Positions 57,660 through 64,000 of a stretch of 64,000 bases of DNA are shown piece after piece (positions within the stretch are counted from its first letter, which is position 1; every line of letters starts with the position of its first letter). Both the position numbers and the translations under genes were made by a program. This stretch comes from an uncultured Gammaproteobacteria bacterium (GTDB taxonomy: Bacteria; Patescibacteriota; Patescibacteriia; UBA9934): NCBI GenBank assembly GCA_964599455.1, contig CAZREA010000001.1, positions 199,687-263,686 on the forward strand, written 5' to 3'. Below the pieces are notes generated by a model, which was not told the DNA's origin, did not search any database, and saw nothing but the letters and a program-made list of their open reading frames with translations.

Positions 57660-58690
57660 AAATGATGTTGCTTTTTTGCTACCCACAGCATGGCAAAAAG
57701 TGACAATATTGCCAAGATAACCAGTGCAAAGATTTTCTGCCACGAAGAGAACACGAGTGAGGTTACACCAAACAACAAGGCAACGCTTCCGTACAACAGC
57801 ACAATCTGTCGTGACGTCCATCCTACTTGCCGCAATTCATAGTGAAAATGTAATCCATCGCCACCATGAAACGGTGAACGGCCCAGCATCAGTCGTCGGA
57901 TGATGACGAAAGCGGCATCAAGTGCGGGCAAGCCGACAATAAACAATAATGTCGCAAATTTACTCCCTCCAATAACCGCCAGCGTTCCCAACGTAAAACC
58001 AATAAACGTACTCCCTCCTTCTCCCAAAAAGATTTGCGCGGGCGGCGCATTCCATAATAAAAATCCGAGTAAGGCTGCAGCGAAAATCAATGCAAGCAAA
58101 GCAACATCGGGCTGATAAAACTTTTCCGTGAGTGCCAACCCGGCAACCATGCCTGCGCCAATAATGCCGAGTGTGGTAACCAATCCATCGACGCCATCAA
58201 GAAATTTTGTCGTGTAGGTTACGCCCATGAGCCACGCAAAGGTAAAAATTCCCGAAATGAGTGGCCCGATAACCAGTGGTGCACCAAAAGGATTCGTCAC
58301 CTTAGTAACACCCATACCGACCAATACCGCAACAAGTGCGGCAAGCAATGGAGAGATGATCGCCTGAACAGGAGAGAGATTATAGCGATCATCAAGGATA
58401 CCGCCAATAATAAGAATGGTGCATGAAAGTAAAAAACCCAGAAGCATTTCAAGACGAAGCGTTCCAGAAGTAAAGTGATGGGTAAAAAAAAGCACCAGCA
58501 AAACCGTCACTGCGAAACCGATAAATGGTGCAATACCACCCAATAAAGGCGTAGGCTGTGTGTGAAGTTTTTTAATGCCGCCAGGAATATCAATCACCCC
58601 AAACCGAGCAGCAGCGTGTACTATCAAGGGAACGCAAAATATAGAAAGCGCAAATGCTCCACACAACGCAATACCCCACCAAAGCTCCAT
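57656..58690 (-). CDS. glycosyltransferase family 4 polyprenyl-phosphate sugar-1-phosphate transferase (MraY/WecA family)
   Basis: 10-11 TM helices with the cytoplasmic DDxxN/D motif (ILDDRYNL) and the FLDGVDGL motif characteristic of MraY/WecA. Confidence 0.75.
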   Translation of the reverse strand: MELWWGIALCGAFALSIFCVPLIVHAAARFGVIDIPGGIKKLHTQPTPLLGGIAPFIGFAVTVLLVLFFTHHFTSGTLRLEMLLGFLLSCTILIIGGILDDRYNLSPVQAIISPLLAALVAVLVGMGVTKVTNPFGAPLVIGPLISGIFTFAWLMGVTYTTKFLDGVDGLVTTLGIIGAGMVAGLALTEKFYQPDVALLALIFAAALLGFLLWNAPPAQIFLGEGGSTFIGFTLGTLAVIGGSKFATLLFIVGLPALDAAFVIIRRLMLGRSPFHGGDGLHFHYELRQVGWTSRQIVLLYGSVALLFGVTSLVFSSWQKIFALVILAILSLFAMLWVAKKQHHL

Positions 58691-58740
58691 ACTATCTCCA
58701 CAGTAGACAAGACCAGTGAATCGCGTCAAACTACTTTCAT

Positions 58741-59088
58741 ATGTGGGCACGCAATATTGATGGAAAAATCATGGTTTCCGAGGAAATGGCCGAAAAAATC
58801 CTCAGCATCCTTACTCCCAAAACAACGGTCCAGGTGAATGATTTCACCATTACGGTTGGAGATGCCATGGATCTGGAAAGACATGGGACCGATGAACGTT
58901 ATTGGTTTTATAGCGACAATGATGGCCATGCGGTCTATCTTGATTTGAGTCGCAGCGAATCCTCTTTTGAAATTGCTCTTTTAAAAAAATCTGTACTCTG
59001 GTTTGGCATCATGAAAGAAGAATCCATTCCTCTGGAACGCCTCACTCTACCCGATCACGACTTTGTGGTCTTTCAAAAAACTCCGTAA
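58741..59088 (+). CDS. hypothetical protein
   Basis: 115 aa ORF. No motif. Confidence 0.35.
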   Translation: MWARNIDGKIMVSEEMAEKILSILTPKTTVQVNDFTITVGDAMDLERHGTDERYWFYSDNDGHAVYLDLSRSESSFEIALLKKSVLWFGIMKEESIPLERLTLPDHDFVVFQKTP

Positions 59089-59114
59089 TCTGTTTCAATG
59101 TTTGCCTTCAAACT

Positions 59115-59549
59115 ATGAACGCAAACAGCAAATCACCCGCTCAACGGCCATCGCCATATAAACTCCAAGTAAAGAAAAGTATCGCTGGACTCGGTCTTTT
59201 TGCCGACGAAGAAATTCCCAGCAAACGCTTTGTGATTGAATATTACGGCCCAATCTTGTCCGATAAGGAAACGTACGAAAAGGGTGGAAAATATCTTTTT
59301 GAAGTCGGTAAAAACAAAACCGTTGATGGCAGTAGTCGAAAAAACATCGCACGCTATATCAATCACTCTTGCAAACCAAATTGCGAGGTTCGCATTGTCG
59401 GCAATCGTATTTATATCTACACCCTTCGTCGCATTCGCGCCAAAGAAGAACTCACGTACGACTACGGGAAAGAGTATTTTGACTATCACATCAAGCCGTA
59501 TGGGTGTAGATGCGAGAAGTGTAAAAGAAAACGTTCAGCTAAAAACTAA
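59115..59549 (+). CDS. SET-domain protein-lysine N-methyltransferase
   Basis: The SET signatures GxG-like N-terminus (GLGLFADEEIPSKRFV), NHSCKPNC, ELTYDY, and a post-SET Cys cluster (CRCEKCK). 144 aa. Confidence 0.75.
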   Translation: MNANSKSPAQRPSPYKLQVKKSIAGLGLFADEEIPSKRFVIEYYGPILSDKETYEKGGKYLFEVGKNKTVDGSSRKNIARYINHSCKPNCEVRIVGNRIYIYTLRRIRAKEELTYDYGKEYFDYHIKPYGCRCEKCKRKRSAKN

Positions 59550-62167
59550 ATGGCTTCAGCTTTCTTTACCGTCATCTTTCCGCCAGCATCAAGAATGACC
59601 GTATCACGACGCCCAACTTGTCCACGAAGCAAGAAATCAGCAAGTGCATTCTCAACTTTATCTTGCATGACACGACGTAAAGGGCGAGCGCCAAATTTTG
59701 GATCGTACCCTTGCGTAGCCAGCTCGTGAATAGCCGCATCAGTGACTTCGAGTGTAATATTTTTCTCATCAAGACGCTTCGCAATGCTACTGATCATCAG
59801 ATAGGCAATGGCCGTCACATCTTCCGGTGTGAGGGGATGGAAGACAATGATATCGTCGAAGCGATTGAGAAATTCGGGACGATAGGTGCCGCGAAGCTCT
59901 GTTTCCATGAGCGCCTCCTTAATAACCGCTAATGATGATCCTTTAGCGATTGCATCTTGAATGTATTGCGTGCCGGCATTCGAGGTGGCAATAACAATGG
60001 TATTGGTAAAATCGACGGTGCGACCGAGTCCATCGGTCAACCGTCCATCATCCATGACCTGGAGGAAGAGATTGAGAATATCGACATGTGCTTTTTCGAG
60101 CTCATCAAGAAGTACCAAGGCAAAGGGCGAGCGACGAACCGCTTCAGTAAGAAGACCGGCCTCATTATTACCCCCAATAAGACGGGTGATGGGTTCTTTC
60201 GTTTGATATTCACTCATGTCAAAACGAATCATGCGTGATTCGTCGCCAAAAAAGACGGCGGCCGTTGCTTTTGCGAGCTCGGTTTTCCCGACACCGGTAG
60301 GACCAAGGAATAAAAAGTTGGCGATTGGGCGATTTTGTGAACGCATGGCCGTTCGTGCACGACGAATAGCTGATGCGACGGCCTTCACCGCATCTTCCTG
60401 TCCAACCACTCGTTCGCGAATCTTTTCTTCTAAATGTAATAATTTTTCTGTTTCATTATCGGTAACTTGCGATACGGGCACATGCGTTTTTTCTTCAACA
60501 AGCGCATTGATATCTTCTTTTTTTACCCAACACGGGATGCCGCCGCGACGTTTAGCGATAACTGCCGCTTCCTTGAGTAACGTCAGTGCTTTCTCCGGCA
60601 ACGCACTGTCACTGAGAAATTTACGCGATAACGTGACCGCCGTTTCGAGCGCTGCATAGGTATACACCACACCGTGTTCAGCTTCGATATAACTGGTATT
60701 TGCTTCGGTCATGAGAATAGCGGCATCTTGCTCGGGTTCTTGCACATTGACGCGCTCGAGTTTAGGACCAAGCACCGAACGTTCAAGAAGTGACGTGTAG
60801 GCCGAGGGCGTAGTGGTGCAAAGAGCAAACAGATAGCCTTTGGAAAGTTCGTCGGCAATAATGGAGGCAAGATCAATATTTCCGCCGCTTACGCCGATAA
60901 GTTGATGAATTTGATCGAGCACCAGCACGATATTGCCGGCATTCGCTGCTTCATGAAAAGCATACAACAAACGCTCACCCGCTCCACGACCGCCATCAGC
61001 ACTCACGAGTTGCGAAATATCAATTTTGAGCAAACGCTTATCTTGCAACATGACAGGCACCTGTTCTTCGACCATGGCCTGAGCAATACCTTCGATAATC
61101 GTCATCTTGCCAACACCCGGTTCACCAACAAGCACAACACTCTTCCCGCCTCCTTCAAACGCACGGAAAACCGCAGCAGTTTCAGTTTCGCGTGCGACGG
61201 TGAGACCAGTTCGACCATAGAGAGCCTGGCGAGTAATATCGGTACTCACTGAATCAAGAAAGGGCGTTGCCTGCGCGGTCATGCCGCGATCCATGTTACT
61301 GGTAGGCTTAAAAGCTGCTGCCGAACGAAAGGCCCGATACCGGGCAACCAGTTCTTCCTGCATAGCAATCCAAGAAACGGCATGACCAAAAGCCTCGGGA
61401 TTGATTCCTTTTTCAATTAACAGATCTTGGAGAAAAGGATCAAAACCGTATGCAGCCGTGCACAAATCAAGTGCACCGATTGTTTTTCGTCTTCGCCGAA
61501 CCGCTTCACTTGCAGCTTTCGCGAGAGTCTTTTCTGCTTCATCAAGAATAAGACTCTGTCCCGTAGGTAAAGATTGCAGCTTTTTACGTAACGAATCTTT
61601 CATGTCCACAAATGACAATCCTAAGCGTGCAAACAGTGTTTGTACGCGCGATGAAGCAAAAGAAGAGGCAAAAATATGTAAAGGCAAAACGGTACCATGA
61701 TGAAATTTTTGCGCCAACATGTACGCATCCTCAAGAAGCATAATCGCATCATCAGTGCAAACATCAATTAAGACTTGGGCAACGTGAGGATCGGGAACGA
61801 AACCTTCATGCACTTCTTTACTCATCGGCAGCTGCTTGACGATTCGTTGTGCAACCACATGTCGATACCAGGCATAACACACAATAAAACCACTCAAACA
61901 AAACAACATCATGACCGGCTGCGGAGTGAAAAAGTATTTTAAGGAAAAGACTTTTTCAACCTTGTTGGTTAAAAAAAGCGCTGCAACCGAACCCGTCAGA
62001 CCAAAAAGTCCCAATCCAAATGAAAAAACTGCAAGGATATGGTCGGCTTTTTTATCGGCACGACGCTTACTCATTGATTGTTCGGTGATATCTAAATACC
62101 CGCTCCAAACATCGGAGCCCATGCGTACGCCTGGCACTGGTTGAGATTGTTGCTCGTTTGGATTCAT
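59546..62167 (-). CDS. membrane-anchored ClpA/ClpC-like double-ring AAA+ ATPase
   Basis: Start at MNPNEQQSQ. Two N-terminal TM helices, then a Clp_N-like region. D1 has a degenerate Walker A (GEPGVGKMT) and a Walker B with Gln in place of the catalytic Glu (VLVLDQIHQL). D2 is canonical: Walker A GPTGVGKTELAK, Walker B LVLLDELEKAH, sensor-1 ATSN and the D2 small domain. There is no long M-domain coiled coil. Confidence 0.85.
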   Translation of the reverse strand: MNPNEQQSQPVPGVRMGSDVWSGYLDITEQSMSKRRADKKADHILAVFSFGLGLFGLTGSVAALFLTNKVEKVFSLKYFFTPQPVMMLFCLSGFIVCYAWYRHVVAQRIVKQLPMSKEVHEGFVPDPHVAQVLIDVCTDDAIMLLEDAYMLAQKFHHGTVLPLHIFASSFASSRVQTLFARLGLSFVDMKDSLRKKLQSLPTGQSLILDEAEKTLAKAASEAVRRRRKTIGALDLCTAAYGFDPFLQDLLIEKGINPEAFGHAVSWIAMQEELVARYRAFRSAAAFKPTSNMDRGMTAQATPFLDSVSTDITRQALYGRTGLTVARETETAAVFRAFEGGGKSVVLVGEPGVGKMTIIEGIAQAMVEEQVPVMLQDKRLLKIDISQLVSADGGRGAGERLLYAFHEAANAGNIVLVLDQIHQLIGVSGGNIDLASIIADELSKGYLFALCTTTPSAYTSLLERSVLGPKLERVNVQEPEQDAAILMTEANTSYIEAEHGVVYTYAALETAVTLSRKFLSDSALPEKALTLLKEAAVIAKRRGGIPCWVKKEDINALVEEKTHVPVSQVTDNETEKLLHLEEKIRERVVGQEDAVKAVASAIRRARTAMRSQNRPIANFLFLGPTGVGKTELAKATAAVFFGDESRMIRFDMSEYQTKEPITRLIGGNNEAGLLTEAVRRSPFALVLLDELEKAHVDILNLFLQVMDDGRLTDGLGRTVDFTNTIVIATSNAGTQYIQDAIAKGSSLAVIKEALMETELRGTYRPEFLNRFDDIIVFHPLTPEDVTAIAYLMISSIAKRLDEKNITLEVTDAAIHELATQGYDPKFGARPLRRVMQDKVENALADFLLRGQVGRRDTVILDAGGKMTVKKAEAI

Positions 62168-62532
62168 ATACCAAAAACACCCAGATGAAGAAGGAGATAG
62201 AACAACAAAAACGGCAATGCAATGATGTACATCACGAACGCTCCTACTAAACACAACGCCCACATCACCAAAAAGAATCCTCGGGCAATAATCTGCAACA
62301 CGCGCATGGCAAAACTAATAAGACGGCTGGCAATATCGTACTGTCCATACATCGGCACAAACAGATTTTTGATCCACACCCCAATAGCCAACGAGTGCAC
62401 ACGATACGTAAACGATCGCCACAACATCCCTGCAACATGCGCAACGCCAAACCGATACCACCACACCGGAAAGGCGATGATATCTCTGACGAGTTTCTGC
62501 GATGTGCTACTGACCACTTCCCCCATGGACAT
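62164..62532 (-). CDS. small integral membrane protein
   Basis: 122 aa with 3 TM helices. Its stop overlaps the Clp start (operon). Confidence 0.35.
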   Translation of the reverse strand: MSMGEVVSSTSQKLVRDIIAFPVWWYRFGVAHVAGMLWRSFTYRVHSLAIGVWIKNLFVPMYGQYDIASRLISFAMRVLQIIARGFFLVMWALCLVGAFVMYIIALPFLLFYLLLHLGVFGI

Positions 62533-62588
62533 ATACAGGAAGTATAGCAGAAATAGTCACCTCGACTCCGTTCTGGGTGGCTGTTCTT

Positions 62589-63359
62589 TTACAAAAAGTA
62601 TTTCCACGTCAATAACACAATCCCTACAATCGACAAAGCAATCGAAAGGAGCTTGGCATGCGTATCAGACATCTTTTCCAGAAATCGCTTGCCGTATGCT
62701 TGAATAGGAATAAGACAAGGAGCGGTGATAAGGATAAAAATCAAATCCAGATGGGTAAGCCGATTATGGAGAAGTAAAATCGATCCTGAAATAAAGAAAT
62801 TTATCAAACCCGCACATGACGAAACTCCGCGCACGGATAGCTCACTGATCTTTGTTCGTAAATAATTATTTCGTATATCAGATCCGGGCATTCCCGAACT
62901 TTGTAAAAATCCCGTAAGAAGAAAAACAAACGACTCAGGGAGCATGTCTTTTTTCTGCAAAGATTTCTTTTGAGAAAAAATTCCCTTCAGGGCTTTATAG
63001 ATGAAATGCAGTGATGTGAAAATGACAATGGCAATTAATATCTGGGTATTGATATAGACAATGAGATATCCACCCGCAAGAGCACCGATAATCGTATAAG
63101 GGAGAAGTCTTTTGAGAAGAGTAATGTTTTGTTGTTCATGAAAAATCTCCTTACGAAACAAATACACTCGATGAATACCATTGATAAAAAAGAGATACGC
63201 ACCAATCCCAATTGCCCGCTGTGGATCAATAAAAAATGCCGTCACCGGCGTGACAATCGCCGAACCGGACAGAGGAGCGATGATATTTATGAAAGTCGTA
63301 ATGAGGAGCCAGAGAAAAACGAAGAGATAGTTCAAGGGAAAAAGTAAAAGGTCATCCAT
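62589..63359 (-). CDS. TauE/SafE (DUF81) family anion exporter
   Basis: 256 aa, 7-8 TM, with the internal repeat architecture and G-rich helices typical of TauE/SafE. Confidence 0.7.
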   Translation of the reverse strand: MDDLLLFPLNYLFVFLWLLITTFINIIAPLSGSAIVTPVTAFFIDPQRAIGIGAYLFFINGIHRVYLFRKEIFHEQQNITLLKRLLPYTIIGALAGGYLIVYINTQILIAIVIFTSLHFIYKALKGIFSQKKSLQKKDMLPESFVFLLTGFLQSSGMPGSDIRNNYLRTKISELSVRGVSSCAGLINFFISGSILLLHNRLTHLDLIFILITAPCLIPIQAYGKRFLEKMSDTHAKLLSIALSIVGIVLLTWKYFL

Positions 63360-63365
63360 ATTTCC

Positions 63366-64000
<635 letters not shown>

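Noticed and set aside
59546-62263. Full 905-aa ClpA/C-like ORF starting at 62263
   Set aside because: The first 32 codons overlap the upstream small membrane gene with no RBS. The start at MNPNEQQSQ (62167) gives a 4-nt overlap typical of coupled genes.

Overview
This 64 kb window reads as a low-to-mid GC (about 45-50%) bacterial chromosome segment dominated by housekeeping genes on both strands. A small, streamlined genome, possibly Patescibacteria/CPR-like, is suggested by an archaeal-type ProRS ending in the conserved C-terminal Tyr, GatCA, type IV pilus components, a DUF5654-like small membrane protein and a SET-domain protein. Confident calls are: an ABC transporter pair, typA/bipA, the dnaG-rpoD operon, proS, lgt, gatA-gatC, ligA, the pilD-pilin-receiver-pilM cluster, secA, murC, hpf, murB, a doc/AbrB-type toxin-antitoxin pair, glyA, folD, dnaB, ybaB, recR, rplU, an MraY/WecA-family transferase, a membrane-anchored ClpA/C-like AAA+ ATPase, a TauE-family exporter and a 5'-truncated tgt at the window edge. 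RNA genes are tRNA-Pro(CGG), a tRNA-Pro(GGG)/tRNA-Ser(GGA) operon and a third, atypical AT-rich tRNA-like gene (anticodon UGG, G3:U70, U37) that carries its own terminator. The points worth a second look are these. (1) A gene at 8038-9228 is split exactly at a canonical A_AAA_AAG -1 slippery heptamer and also carries an in-frame TAG. (2) A GC-rich tandem cassette at 42.1-43.7 kb holds paralogous small membrane-protein genes, each followed by a conserved about 60-nt double-hairpin repeat. (3) Many short GC-rich (58-68%) insertions carrying hypothetical genes with their own SD and GC-rich terminators lie among AT-richer core genes. (4) A MITE-like 18-bp terminal inverted repeat element sits inside a tRNA operon. 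(5) The Clp ATPase is membrane-anchored and its D1 domain has a degenerate Walker A and a Walker B E-to-Q substitution. (6) A structured non-coding region with a plus-strand terminator overlies the dnaG promoter. No integrase, transposase, CRISPR array or rRNA was recognised.
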